Sequence record: NC_048046.1
Strand: one strand, 5' to 3'
DNA length: 64,000 nucleotides
In this document: positions 26,743 to 36,699 of the stretch, piece by piece
How the letters are laid out: every line of letters begins with the position of its first letter
Position numbering within the stretch: position 1 is the first letter of the stretch
Notes under the pieces: model-generated
Databases searched by the model: none
Seen by the model: only the letters and a program-made list of their open reading frames with translations
Told to the model about the DNA's origin: nothing
Program-made: the position numbers and the translations under genes

Positions 26743-27109
26743 AACGCCGAGCATCGAACTCCTGGAGCATCGTATCGATCTTCTCAGTCAAGCACTCCTG
26801 AAGGTGCTCCAGACTGAAGGGATGATCCGCCAGGATATCGAGGAACTGACCGGGCCGGAACTCCTCCACATGGCGGACAGCTACTGCATCGCCATGAAGG
26901 AAAGCCGCACCGGCGGCATCATGCTGGAGCCCGGCGCAGCCATTCAGCGCGAAGACGGCCGCTTCTATGTACCTCTGAGCCGCATTCCGCCGCGCGCCGA
27001 CGTCTCCAACATCGTCGCGCGCGTGGCTTCAGACGCATTCGAGGACCCCGCGATTGAGGCGCAACTGTTCGCGCTCGAACTCGCGGGCCGTTGGAACAAA
27101 GGAGCCTGA
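26735..27109 (+). CDS. hypothetical protein
   Basis: overlapping ORF in gene run. Confidence 0.65.
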   Translation: MPETPSIELLEHRIDLLSQALLKVLQTEGMIRQDIEELTGPELLHMADSYCIAMKESRTGGIMLEPGAAIQREDGRFYVPLSRIPPRADVSNIVARVASDAFEDPAIEAQLFALELAGRWNKGA

Positions 27110-27111
27110 TC

Positions 27112-27621
27112 ATGGGTGTAATGCCGCGTCTTTTCTCGACTGGTTCATCGTCGTATCGCTCGCACTCGCCAGGGTCAGGTCCCAAGCCGATCCGGGCGCA
27201 TTCGCCCGGCTCTTCGGTGCGCCCTGAACCGGCACGCCGCTCGCACTCTCCTGGGTCCGCTCCTCAGTCGATCCGTTCGCACTCGTCCAGCTATTCGTCG
27301 CCGGAGGATTCGGTCACTCAAGGGCTGTCGCCGATGACGCTGGAGCCCGGCAACCCAGACCCAATGCGCTGGACCCTGCTGCGTGGCCAGAAGGTCGGAC
27401 GCGGCTTCGTCGCCGAAATCCATTACCCGGACTGCACCAACTACGAGGGCAAGAAGATTCTCGTCTTCCGGGCCGCGAGCTTGGACGCCATCGTCAAGCA
27501 GAACAAGGGTATGCTCGACCCTCACTTCACGGACGACCGCAAGATGGTTGCGCCAGTGGCGCGCTTCGAACCCACCGAGCGCGGCTGGGAACTGGCTCTG
27601 CTGATCGCGGCGAACCTCTGA
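27112..27621 (+). CDS. hypothetical protein with N-terminal R[SA]HSPGS repeats
   Basis: three R[SA]HSPGS units plus RSHSS; C-terminal YPDCTNYEGKKILV..LDPHF domain. Confidence 0.7.
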   Translation: MGVMPRLFSTGSSSYRSHSPGSGPKPIRAHSPGSSVRPEPARRSHSPGSAPQSIRSHSSSYSSPEDSVTQGLSPMTLEPGNPDPMRWTLLRGQKVGRGFVAEIHYPDCTNYEGKKILVFRAASLDAIVKQNKGMLDPHFTDDRKMVAPVARFEPTERGWELALLIAANL

Positions 27622-27818
27622 TGTCGATCGTCGCATACCATACGACGCCGTCGATCAACTACTACGCCAAACGGCGCAAGTCGGACATCATCTTCTCGAT
27701 CCACATGATGTGCGATCAGTTGAAGATCGAACGCCCGCTGACCGCCGAGTTGGAGAAGAAGACCAACTACGAACTGGCTTGGCAGGCGCTGCGTCTCCAC
27801 GCCCAATTCCCTGAATAG
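27621..27818 (+). CDS. hypothetical protein
   Basis: TGATG coupling. Confidence 0.65.
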   Translation: MSIVAYHTTPSINYYAKRRKSDIIFSIHMMCDQLKIERPLTAELEKKTNYELAWQALRLHAQFPE

Positions 27819-27827
27819 GAGCCTGCT

Positions 27828-28205
27828 GTGTCCCGTCGATCCTCGTCTTCCTCGAACGTCGCCCTGTGGCTAGGCGGCGCCGTTATCCTTCTGGTCCTGG
27901 GCGTCATCGTCTACGCAATCGCTGATCGCGCGGGCACGCCGACGAAGAGCGGCCTCGCCCGGATCGACGAGATTCGCTTCCGTCCCGCCTACACCTCGAC
28001 GTCCGGGTCGGGCTCGGAGAAGAAGACGAAGCATCATCAGGCCGAATGGAAGGTCGATGTCGTCACGCTGGAGGGCCGCGACACCGTGACCCGCACGTGG
28101 TCGCCGCCGGCCTGGATGGCGGAAGACGGCTTCGTGAAGGCTTCCTACAGCGTCGGCCGCTTCTCGCACTCCGTCTCGATCAGCAAGCTCGAACCGATCA
28201 AGTAG
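27828..28205 (+). CDS. single-TM membrane protein
   Basis: ALWLGGAVILLVLGVIVYAIA. Confidence 0.7.
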   Translation: MSRRSSSSSNVALWLGGAVILLVLGVIVYAIADRAGTPTKSGLARIDEIRFRPAYTSTSGSGSEKKTKHHQAEWKVDVVTLEGRDTVTRTWSPPAWMAEDGFVKASYSVGRFSHSVSISKLEPIK

Positions 28206-28209
28206 TCTC

Positions 28210-29115
28210 ATGAGCCTCGACTTCACCGCTCACGCCTCGGGCCTGGATCAAAGCGTCAACTTCGTGGCGCCGGCGGCTGACGGCATGTTCGAGGCTCGCT
28301 ATGTTCGGCGAGTCCGCGACTACTTCATCGCTTACCTGTCCAGCCATACGGGCTGCGACCAGTCCTGCCGGATGTGCCACCTGACCCAGACCCGGCAGAG
28401 GTCTATGGTCCACGCTTCGCGCCAGGACTATCTGGCCCAGGCCGATCGCGTGCTCGCCCATTACGACGGGCTGGATGAACCGGCGGACTTGGTCCACTTC
28501 AACTTCATGGCACGCGGCGAGCCTCTGTTGAACACGGGCGTCCGGCGTGACTGGCCCCGTCTTCATCGAGACCTCACCGCCAAGGCTCAGGAACGGGGGC
28601 TGGAAGCCCTGTTCAACATCTCGACGATCATGCCTGTCCAGGCGATCCTGAACCGCCTCACGGACGTTTTTCGAGATACCCAGGGCGTACGGCTGTACTA
28701 CTCGCTCTACTCGATGCGTCCTGAGTTCCGCCGGCGATGGCTGCCTTACGCGATGGACCCCGAACGTGCGCTCGACAAGCTGGCAGACTGGCAGGTCACG
28801 ACCGGCGGCGACGTTGTTCTGCATTGGTCCTTCATCGAAGGTGAGAACGACGACTTCGGTACAGTCGACGAGATCATCGAAGCCGTGCGGCGTCGCGGCC
28901 TGAAGACACGCTTCAATCTGGTCCGGTACAATCCGTACTCGCCGGCCCAGGGCAAAGAGCCCTCCGTTACCATGTTGACCGAACTCTTCAACCATCTCGC
29001 CTTTCACCTCGACAACGATCGTAGCGAATTGCTGCAACGGATCGATCTGTCCCGCATCGTTCCTCGCGTCGGCTTCGACGTGAAGGCGTCGTGCGGCATG
29101 TTCATGGAGGCGTGA
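28210..29115 (+). CDS. RlmN/Cfr-like radical SAM protein
   Basis: LSSHTGCDQSCRMC (CxxxCxxC), FMARGEP, FIEGEND, FNLVRYNP, VGFDVKASCG. Confidence 0.85.
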   Translation: MSLDFTAHASGLDQSVNFVAPAADGMFEARYVRRVRDYFIAYLSSHTGCDQSCRMCHLTQTRQRSMVHASRQDYLAQADRVLAHYDGLDEPADLVHFNFMARGEPLLNTGVRRDWPRLHRDLTAKAQERGLEALFNISTIMPVQAILNRLTDVFRDTQGVRLYYSLYSMRPEFRRRWLPYAMDPERALDKLADWQVTTGGDVVLHWSFIEGENDDFGTVDEIIEAVRRRGLKTRFNLVRYNPYSPAQGKEPSVTMLTELFNHLAFHLDNDRSELLQRIDLSRIVPRVGFDVKASCGMFMEA

Positions 29116-29336
29116 TGATCAACGTCGCTCACCACTTCGACGACATCGAGCGCCATTCGACGGCGATCGAATGCGAGTGTCATGGCTATGCGGCGCGAGA
29201 AGAGGCTTCGCCTTCGCGCGAAGAAGACCGCGCGGCCGGTGGTTGTGGTCGCCCAGGCTGCTGCACCGCAGCTTTCACCTGCCGCCTGTGCGGTAAACGC
29301 TGGATCGCGGCGCTGCCTGCGCCTGAAATGGAATAG
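29112..29336 (+). CDS. small Cys-rich protein
   Basis: CECH, CGRPGCC, CRLC. Confidence 0.65.
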   Translation: MMINVAHHFDDIERHSTAIECECHGYAAREEASPSREEDRAAGGCGRPGCCTAAFTCRLCGKRWIAALPAPEME

Positions 29337-29344
29337 GCCTCACA

Positions 29345-29752
29345 ATGGGCATGTACACCGAACTCGTGCTGTCGACTCAGATCGTCGACAATCCGGACGT
29401 GGTCGCCATACTCAACTACATGCGTGAGGGCGGCGAGGGCGAACCTCCGGTTCCGCTGCCGGACCATCCCCTGTTCCAGACGCCGCGATGGTCGTCGCTG
29501 TTCTGCTGTTGCAGCTACTACTTCACGCCTACGACCGTCTTCAAGCTGGAGTTCGACAAGATCGCCAAGGCGTGGTCTCTGGTCTCGCGCTCTGACCTGA
29601 AGAACTACCACGACGAGATCGAGAAGTTCGTCGACTGGATCAGTCCGTACCTCGACGATCACTTCGGCCAGATGATCGGGTACAAGCGCTACGAAGAGGA
29701 GCGGGAGCCTACGATCCTATACGCGCCGGGGGGCGAAGTTGATCCAAGCTGA
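29345..29752 (+). CDS. hypothetical protein
   Basis: MGMYTEL...LKNYHDEIEKFVDWI conserved-looking motif. Confidence 0.75.
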   Translation: MGMYTELVLSTQIVDNPDVVAILNYMREGGEGEPPVPLPDHPLFQTPRWSSLFCCCSYYFTPTTVFKLEFDKIAKAWSLVSRSDLKNYHDEIEKFVDWISPYLDDHFGQMIGYKRYEEEREPTILYAPGGEVDPS

Positions 29753-30122
29753 ATTGCCCTTCCCCGATCACGATCCGGCCGACATCATTGAAGGACCGCG
29801 CATCGCGCTGCGCTACGGTTCGGCGGCAACGCAAATCTGCGTCAGCGCGCGTATGTGGCGCCGCACTGACGTAGGAGATCGGTTCACCTATCGGGGCCGT
29901 TGGCGGTCAGTCGACGACTACACCGACGAGGACTGCGTCGCTGGCAAGTGGGTGCGGGTGAAGTGGCGCGACGGATACCGTGAGGGACTGGCCACGATGG
30001 ATGAGGAAGGCTTCATCCTCGTGAACGGCATTCCTTACCACGCCAAGAATGTCGAGGTCATACCCGACCCGGCGTACCTCAACATGTTTGAACGCGCGAT
30101 CGCCGCGCACCGGGGAGAATGA
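29739..30122 (+). CDS. hypothetical protein
   Basis: ORF in gene run. Confidence 0.6.
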   Translation: MIQAELPFPDHDPADIIEGPRIALRYGSAATQICVSARMWRRTDVGDRFTYRGRWRSVDDYTDEDCVAGKWVRVKWRDGYREGLATMDEEGFILVNGIPYHAKNVEVIPDPAYLNMFERAIAAHRGE

Positions 30123-30123
30123 A

Positions 30124-30462
30124 ATGGGCATGGACGTGAGCGCCCTGGCGGGCTGGGGCATCATCACGAGCTTCGGTCCCGATGAGGTCGAGGACTGGTA
30201 CGATGTCGACAAGCCTGACTGGCTGAAGTGGAAGAGCGTTGGCGCCTACGAAGGCGGCCACTACTTCCTCGGCGCTGTCTACGAACACGACTGGCGTCGC
30301 AACGTCACGGGCGTCCCGATCAAGACGATCCCGGTCCCGTCGATCGTCGCCGCCGAGATCGCCCGCATCCTCAAGCTGCTGAAGCGTGACGACGGCGAGC
30401 AGATCGGTGATTTGGCGACACCAGAGAACTTCGGCTTCCACGTCTACACCCACGTCAGCTAG
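30124..30462 (+). CDS. hypothetical protein
   Basis: RBS GGGGAG. Confidence 0.7.
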   Translation: MGMDVSALAGWGIITSFGPDEVEDWYDVDKPDWLKWKSVGAYEGGHYFLGAVYEHDWRRNVTGVPIKTIPVPSIVAAEIARILKLLKRDDGEQIGDLATPENFGFHVYTHVS

Positions 30463-30471
30463 GAGCGCACC

Positions 30472-30807
30472 ATGTTCGCTGAGAACATCTCCATCCGAGG
30501 CCCGATTGGCGATGCTCGGGATGAGCGATACGGCAAGTCCGCCGACGCTGAACGCTACACCTATACGCCGAGCCCCAATCTCCTGGGCTACATCAACAGC
30601 CTACGCCACGTGCGCGGTAGCGAGTTGGACAAGATTGGCGATCTGGCCGCCAAGATCGAGCGCGGCGACGCCACGGGCAGCGAAGAAGAATCGCTCCAGG
30701 TCTATGAAGCGCTGCCGGTGCTCTACGCCTGCATCGAAGACCTTGTCGACATGTGCCGTCGACGCGAAGGCGTGCTCTGGGATCACCACATCGGTTTCGG
30801 CCGCTAG
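30472..30807 (+). CDS. hypothetical protein
   Basis: RBS AGGAG. Confidence 0.7.
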   Translation: MFAENISIRGPIGDARDERYGKSADAERYTYTPSPNLLGYINSLRHVRGSELDKIGDLAAKIERGDATGSEEESLQVYEALPVLYACIEDLVDMCRRREGVLWDHHIGFGR

Positions 30808-30818
30808 GAGTCTTCGCA

Positions 30819-31619
30819 ATGCAAACCCTTCTGCAAATGGCCACCGACGTGCGTGTTCGCGACGAGTTCAAGCGTAGCGCGTTCATTGAACTGCTCGCAG
30901 CTTCATCGCAGTTCCTGGAAGTTCTTCCCTTTGAGAGTGCTCCGGACGGCGCATACCTCTATCCGGATGGGCGACCTCAGGAGCTACTAAAGATTGCTGG
31001 CGCGGATGTGGACGTCGATATCGCGGACGCTTCTGGTGGTGGTCGATCCAAACACGAGGCGATCCGCGTGCGGAAGATGAGTCGCTATCTCAGCCGTATG
31101 CTCATTAAGGGTCATACCGACAACGATCCGCGAGAACCCAACGGCCTTCTGATCCGCTCTGGGCACGTGATCCAGGGCAGCGTGACGCCCTCAACTCTCA
31201 AGACGGCGTTCAAGCACGTACCGCGTGCAACCCACATCTTGGTCGCGGAGAGCACAAGCCTACCCGTCGATTCTTTCGAAGTCAGCGCGGATGATTACGG
31301 CCGTCATCGCCTTCTTTACAAAGCTGATACGGAACGATCGGTCCCGACTCTGATCCCCTTGCTCAAGACGGGTCTCAATGAGATTGGTGATCCCATCCTG
31401 GGGAAGGGCGCTTTCATCGTTCGGCTGGGCGCGGATGGGGTACGTGGTGTTCAGAACGGCGTACCTGAGGTCGATGACCTCGGGCCGGTTCGGTGGCAGT
31501 TCGTGGAAGGGCGGTGGGTTGAGGGACCTATCGACGAGGCGACCACGCTGCGCACTCGCGTCGAATGGTTGATCAACCTCGCTCACGAGCCCGACAGCAT
31601 CTGCTATATCACTGGCTAG
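30819..31619 (+). CDS. hypothetical protein
   Basis: RBS AGGAG; weaker codon bias. Confidence 0.6.
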   Translation: MQTLLQMATDVRVRDEFKRSAFIELLAASSQFLEVLPFESAPDGAYLYPDGRPQELLKIAGADVDVDIADASGGGRSKHEAIRVRKMSRYLSRMLIKGHTDNDPREPNGLLIRSGHVIQGSVTPSTLKTAFKHVPRATHILVAESTSLPVDSFEVSADDYGRHRLLYKADTERSVPTLIPLLKTGLNEIGDPILGKGAFIVRLGADGVRGVQNGVPEVDDLGPVRWQFVEGRWVEGPIDEATTLRTRVEWLINLAHEPDSICYITG

Positions 31620-31651
31620 ACAACGGTCAGCCAAACTGGCAGGTTGCCGGG

Positions 31652-32806
31652 ATGAAAGAGTTGACGATCAACATCCCGGCGCCGGTGCTGCGTCTCCGTG
31701 AGAGCTTCCGCGCTGCTGGATTCGACATCCGCAGCGTGGGCGGCATCATCCGCAACAAGCTGGCCGGCGTCGACGACCTGTCAGACCATGACTTCGCGAC
31801 CGACGCCACGCCGGATGAGCAGATCGCCATCTATGAGTCCCAGGGTATCCGCTACGTCCCTACGGGCTACGACTACGGAACGATCACGATCGTTCTCGAA
31901 GGCATCAACTACGAGATCACCACGCTGCGCCTGGACGTCGCGACCGACGGTCGGCGCGCCGCCGTCTCTTACACACGCGATTGGATCGCCGACCTGCTGC
32001 GGCGCGATCTGACCTACAACGCCATCGAACTGACCTTCGACGGTGAACTGATCGACCCCTACGGCGGCCGTGAAGACCTCGCAGCCGGACGCACACGGTT
32101 CGTGGGCTCCGCCCTGGAGCGCATCCGGGAAGACTACCTACGTCTGCTGCGGTTCGTCCGGTTCCATGCGCGGTTCTCTGGAAATGCGCCGTTCGATAAT
32201 GAGGTGATGGCGGCGCTGCCCCAAGTCGTCAGCGGCCTGCGTAAACTCTCGAAGGAGCGCATCTGGAGCGAACTGAAGAAGATCGCATTGGGGCCGCATG
32301 CACCGGCGATGTTCGCCCGCATGTCAGCGACGGGCATTCTGCAAAATGCCGGACTGCCTGTGCCTCTGCACCTTTGGGCATTCGAAGACGCCTATCGCTA
32401 CACTCAGAATCCCATCACTCTGATGACGGCCTTGCTGGGAAATAAGACGCTGGAAACAGGAGCCCTACTTCGCTGGACGAAGGAAGACCTCGCCTTGGCG
32501 GCGTTCCTGCTGAAGCATCGGAACGAACCGGTTCGCGAGAAGGCCCTGAAGCGCCTGCTCGCGGTCAAGAAAGCGCCCCTGGAGCATGTTATCGAACTGG
32601 CGCTCTCGCAGGGACAATACAAAGCTGCCATGGCGGTCGAGTATTGGGACGTGCCTGAGTTCCCGGTGACGGGCGAAGACCTGTCCGACTTCATCGCGCC
32701 GGGACCCGGCATGGGCGCCGCCCTGAAGCGAATGAAGGAAAATTGGGCCGAAACCAACTTCACCGCGACGAAGCAGCAGTTGATCGTGATGGAGGAATGG
32801 ACTTGA
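31652..32806 (+). CDS. cca: class II tRNA nucleotidyltransferase (CCA-adding / poly(A) polymerase family)
   Basis: VGGIIRN..DHDFAT, TTLRLD, DLLRRDLTYNA, DPYGGREDL, IREDYLRLLRFVRF. Confidence 0.9.
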   Translation: MKELTINIPAPVLRLRESFRAAGFDIRSVGGIIRNKLAGVDDLSDHDFATDATPDEQIAIYESQGIRYVPTGYDYGTITIVLEGINYEITTLRLDVATDGRRAAVSYTRDWIADLLRRDLTYNAIELTFDGELIDPYGGREDLAAGRTRFVGSALERIREDYLRLLRFVRFHARFSGNAPFDNEVMAALPQVVSGLRKLSKERIWSELKKIALGPHAPAMFARMSATGILQNAGLPVPLHLWAFEDAYRYTQNPITLMTALLGNKTLETGALLRWTKEDLALAAFLLKHRNEPVREKALKRLLAVKKAPLEHVIELALSQGQYKAAMAVEYWDVPEFPVTGEDLSDFIAPGPGMGAALKRMKENWAETNFTATKQQLIVMEEWT

Positions 32807-33105
32807 TCCAGCCGGGCGATCTCGTCCTGATCGGCGACATTACTGATCTGACGATGAAAACAGGTCGCGTGGTGCTCGCCACGGCTCACGGCATCAAGAT
32901 CGAGCCGTACACGCACACCAGCGGTCAAGTCCTCGGGGATCATGCGCTGCTTACGTTCGAGGAGAGCAAGCCAATCCGCGTGATTCCTTCATTGGATGCG
33001 GCCCGCTATCTCTATCACATGCGCGGCGAGTGGCAGGCCAAGGTCGCGCACTGGAAAAGAACCTTTGACGCCCGCGTTGATGCCTGGATCGGAGTAGCCG
33101 GATGA
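32803..33105 (+). CDS. hypothetical protein
   Basis: TTGA overlap, RBS GGAGG. Confidence 0.6.
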   Translation: MIQPGDLVLIGDITDLTMKTGRVVLATAHGIKIEPYTHTSGQVLGDHALLTFEESKPIRVIPSLDAARYLYHMRGEWQAKVAHWKRTFDARVDAWIGVAG

Positions 33106-33947
33106 GTGACGAGAAGACCGCAGCGTTTTGCGAACAGTTCGGCGAAGAGATGCTTCAGAATATCGTCGAGGCCGTCTGGGCAGGTAAGACAGAAGGCGAT
33201 CGGTTCTCGATCTTCGAGGTCGTGAAACACGACGCTATCAACTGCACCATCTATGGCTTCATCGACGATGAGGTCGGCTTTCAGATCGATGACGGCAATT
33301 GGGCCGGAACTGACGTACGTAAGTTCGGTCCCGACGTCAGCGCGATCCCTCCGGAGGGCTGGTATAGCCGCCACTTCGATGTTGGGATGGGGCTGCGCGG
33401 CAACCGTGATCCCCGTGCGCAGATGCGTCTTCTCGCCCTGTACGTGGGCTGGGTGCGCGGCACGGTCGGCGGCGTAGGCGATCATGTCCACAAGGCGGAG
33501 AAGAGCTACGCCTATGATGCACACTTCGCGCCTGGGCACAAAACGAACGAACACTACCGCAAGATCGCTGAACAGCATGGTCTGATCCTCAGTAGCGGTT
33601 CGGTCGGCGCTGAGGACGATCCACCGCGCCTGGAGTACGACAAGGAGGTCAAGCCGCTCGAAGGCGCGCTCCACTTCTCGGTCAAGACGGGCGCCGATGC
33701 CCTGAAGTGCGCTGCCTATTCGTCCAAGCTGTCGGCATGGCTTGACGGCGAGGCCCGCACGGGCGCCGCCGAGGTCGCCCGCATGAACGCCGAGACCTGG
33801 ACCCGCTTTGCCCCGCTGCTCGATACGGGCGAGACGGTCGACTCGCTCATGGCGGCCGATGCCGCCCGGCTCCAGGCCATCATTGCCGCCATGGAGACCG
33901 GAGGTGCGCCGGCGGCAGCCGGTCACGAGGCGCGGAGCGGCGAGTGA
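33102..33947 (+). CDS. hypothetical protein
   Basis: ATGA coupling; 3' end formed by 53-nt repeat. Confidence 0.7.
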   Translation: MSDEKTAAFCEQFGEEMLQNIVEAVWAGKTEGDRFSIFEVVKHDAINCTIYGFIDDEVGFQIDDGNWAGTDVRKFGPDVSAIPPEGWYSRHFDVGMGLRGNRDPRAQMRLLALYVGWVRGTVGGVGDHVHKAEKSYAYDAHFAPGHKTNEHYRKIAEQHGLILSSGSVGAEDDPPRLEYDKEVKPLEGALHFSVKTGADALKCAAYSSKLSAWLDGEARTGAAEVARMNAETWTRFAPLLDTGETVDSLMAADAARLQAIIAAMETGGAPAAAGHEARSGE

Positions 33948-33948
33948 T
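33896..33948 (+). repeat. 53-nt GC-rich hairpin repeat, copy 1
   Basis: 48/53 identical to 46790-46842. Confidence 0.85.
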
Positions 33949-34210
33949 GGTCACGGACGAAGATTACTTCCTCCATGGCGCCGACTATGCCTTCAAGAAG
34001 ACGAGCGAAACGCCGCGCAAGAAGTGCTGCGAAACCTGCGCCTTCAACCCGACCGGCCCCACGGTACGCCCAGCGGATGTAACGATCTACCAACTGACGA
34101 AGTGGTCGGCGGACTATGATGGGTTTATCTGTCACACGGAGGACGAACGCGGCGTTCATCTTCGCTGCGCCGCGTGGCATGCGCTGCATGGTCGTGACGT
34201 CAGGAGTTGA
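33944..34210 (+). CDS. small Cys-rich protein
   Basis: CCETCAF..FICH..CAAW. Confidence 0.7.
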   Translation: MMVTDEDYFLHGADYAFKKTSETPRKKCCETCAFNPTGPTVRPADVTIYQLTKWSADYDGFICHTEDERGVHLRCAAWHALHGRDVRS

Positions 34211-34250
34211 CAGACGGCTTTGTGTTGTTCTAGGGATGAGCCGACGATAA
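34207..34250 (+). promoter_or_regulatory. class A phage promoter
   Basis: GGAGTTGACAGACGG...CTAGGGAT..GACGAT. Confidence 0.65.
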
Positions 34251-34264
34251 TTCTGGAGGCCCTC

Positions 34265-34930
34265 ATGTCCCTGTTCAAGATCACCGAAACGACCAAGACC
34301 GTCAGCTATCCCTCGGGGATCGACGGGCAATGCTTCTCCTCGGAAGAGGGTGCGCAGGCGTATCGCGCCGAAAGAGCCGCCGTGAAGGCTCTCGGTCAGG
34401 CCCTGTTCGACGATTCCCGGACGATGTGGTGTTTCACCACGCTTCGCAACATGACGGAGATGCCGGTCGCCGACCTCATCATCCTGCGCGACCTGATGGA
34501 CCAGTACCTGATCAATGTCCTGCCGGCCTTCATGGCGCTCCAAGGCGACTTTGGCTCCGGGCTGGGCAAGCAGCAGATCGAGACCCAGGATGGCCGTTCG
34601 TTCACGAACCGCCACGAAGCTGCCCTGCACACCTTGATGATGAGGTTCTACAAGCTGTACGAATCGCCTCTCTTCTCGATCGCCGGCAAACGCGCGATCT
34701 GCAACATCAGCAAATACAGCGACATCAACGCGCCGCACGTCGTCAAGGAATTGACAGCTTGGCGCTTCACCGGGCGCCTGATGGACTTCTTTGGCCGTCG
34801 TACGGACGCCGGCAAGCCCTATAAGGGCTACGAGCAGCGTTTCCGTGATGCGCTCGACGGCATGGTCATCGCCCGTACGACGCCGATCGAGCCCATCGTG
34901 CGTACCGCCAAGCCGAAGAAGGCGGCCTAA
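34265..34930 (+). CDS. hypothetical protein
   Basis: RBS GGAGG. Confidence 0.75.
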   Translation: MSLFKITETTKTVSYPSGIDGQCFSSEEGAQAYRAERAAVKALGQALFDDSRTMWCFTTLRNMTEMPVADLIILRDLMDQYLINVLPAFMALQGDFGSGLGKQQIETQDGRSFTNRHEAALHTLMMRFYKLYESPLFSIAGKRAICNISKYSDINAPHVVKELTAWRFTGRLMDFFGRRTDAGKPYKGYEQRFRDALDGMVIARTTPIEPIVRTAKPKKAA

Positions 34931-35556
34931 TGCCCATCCCCACGATCGGCGAGACCCACTTCTCCGATGAGAAGGCGATGGACTACCCTGACCTGATCTT
35001 CAAAGTGCAGAAGGGGGTCGTGCGGACGTACTGGTATGATCTGAGCGAACTCAAGTTCGAGCAGTTCACGTCACGCGTCCAGCCTATCCTGGTCAAGCGC
35101 CTGATCGCGCAATTCGACGCGGCTTTGACGGCCACCGAAAAGGCCTCCGGTCTCCGTCGGCCGTTGCGTGAAGTCGGTCACTGCATCTTCGATGACGAGA
35201 TTGACGCCGTCGTGATCACGCTGTGCGAGGTGGAGCAGCAGGCGCTTCGGCGCTTGACCCACATCGCGCGCCGGCGGAACCAAGACGACTGGCTGGCGAT
35301 CTATCACCTGCTCGACAAGCACGTTCTAGCCAACGGGGGCTACGATCATTCCAAGTCGCTGGAAAATTCGACTTGGCTGCACGCCGAGTCGAAGAAAGTG
35401 CAGGACTACCTCGCCAAGCACCGCCACCCGATTGTGAAGGTGAAGCCTTATGAGGACGAGGAGTTCGTGGTGCTACCGGTCGAGCCCTCGGGCTGGCAGA
35501 AGTTCGTCGCCGGCGTGAAGCGCTGGCTCGGGCCTGGACCGGACTGTTCCGCATGA
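34930..35556 (+). CDS. hypothetical protein
   Basis: TAATG coupling. Confidence 0.7.
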   Translation: MPIPTIGETHFSDEKAMDYPDLIFKVQKGVVRTYWYDLSELKFEQFTSRVQPILVKRLIAQFDAALTATEKASGLRRPLREVGHCIFDDEIDAVVITLCEVEQQALRRLTHIARRRNQDDWLAIYHLLDKHVLANGGYDHSKSLENSTWLHAESKKVQDYLAKHRHPIVKVKPYEDEEFVVLPVEPSGWQKFVAGVKRWLGPGPDCSA

Positions 35557-36035
35557 CCCGCGTCGTCTCGCCTCAGATCATCCATGTCCTGGAACTCGCC
35601 GAGAAGGGCCGCGACATCTGGTGGGTCCCCTTGGTCGACGGCAAGGGCTCACAGTCGCGCACCGTGGGCCGGCAGAACACCATCTATACGGCTCAGCGCC
35701 ACGGCTGGCTCGACAAGGATGACAAGCTGACGCCTGCCGGCAAGATCGTGCTGGCGGAACAGCAGGCGCGCGCTACGCAGCAGGATCGTTTCTTCGAACG
35801 GCAAGCCCGTCTTAAGGGCACCCATTGGGAGCGCGGATATCGCGTCCACGGGTTCTGGCGAGGTGGCGAGCGCCTGGGGACGGTGAGTCTCGGGCCGCCA
35901 GCGCTGTGGGACGGAGTCTATTCCTGGGCCGTCGATAATCACGGACCCTCGGGGACGGCGACAAAGCTGGCCGATGCTAAGCGCTTGGTGGAAGACGCGA
36001 TCGCCTTCCCCGACGGACACGCATCAAAGAGTTGA
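35553..36035 (+). CDS. hypothetical protein
   Basis: ATGA coupling. Confidence 0.7.
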   Translation: MTRVVSPQIIHVLELAEKGRDIWWVPLVDGKGSQSRTVGRQNTIYTAQRHGWLDKDDKLTPAGKIVLAEQQARATQQDRFFERQARLKGTHWERGYRVHGFWRGGERLGTVSLGPPALWDGVYSWAVDNHGPSGTATKLADAKRLVEDAIAFPDGHASKS

Positions 36036-36074
36036 CAGACGGCTTTCTGTCCCCTTACACCTAAGCTGACGATC
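36032..36074 (+). promoter_or_regulatory. class A phage promoter
   Basis: AGAGTTGACAGACGG...TTACACCT..GACGATC. Confidence 0.65.
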
Positions 36075-36090
36075 TCCAAAGGAAAGCTCA

Positions 36091-36699
36091 GTGCTTCAGA
36101 CCCTCATCGACCACCACAAGAAGCAGCTTGCCGCCGCGCAGTCCGTGCTGGATACCGACGGCAACCTCTTTTCGCATGAAATGCGCGAGCGGGCGCGAAT
36201 CGACGCGGCCCGCGAACGCGACTTCATCCGTACCCTGGAGTCCGCGAACGCTCAACTCGGGCGCGGTGACAAATATCGTCACCTGAAAAAGGACTCGACC
36301 TACAATGTGCTGGGTCAAGGTATTGCGCAATGCGCCACGCCGATCCAGGACAACGACGCGCTCGTCATCTACCGCGACGGCCAGGGCCGTTTCTTCGCTC
36401 GTCACGTGGATGAGTTCCACGATGGACGGTTCGAGAAAGTTTCGGCTGAACTACCGCGCGAACGTGTGTTCGTGGTTGGTGGGCACGAATTGCCTTGCGA
36501 CCCACTTTCGGACGACGCGTTCCATGCGCTCTGCATGACCGGTAAGATCGTCTTCGACGATGAGCAGGATTACGGCTCGGGCCTGCGCGGTCGATATCAG
36601 ATGCTAGGCGCCGAATGGACCGATCAGAAGCCCATGCGTCTGATCCTGCGCCCGGTCGCCGACCCCTCGTTCTGGGGCAAAGGGGCGGAAGAAGCATGA
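36091..36699 (+). CDS. DUF1653-domain protein
   Basis: YRHLKKDSTYNVLG..LVIYRD..FFARHVDEF. Confidence 0.7.
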   Translation: MLQTLIDHHKKQLAAAQSVLDTDGNLFSHEMRERARIDAARERDFIRTLESANAQLGRGDKYRHLKKDSTYNVLGQGIAQCATPIQDNDALVIYRDGQGRFFARHVDEFHDGRFEKVSAELPRERVFVVGGHELPCDPLSDDAFHALCMTGKIVFDDEQDYGSGLRGRYQMLGAEWTDQKPMRLILRPVADPSFWGKGAEEA

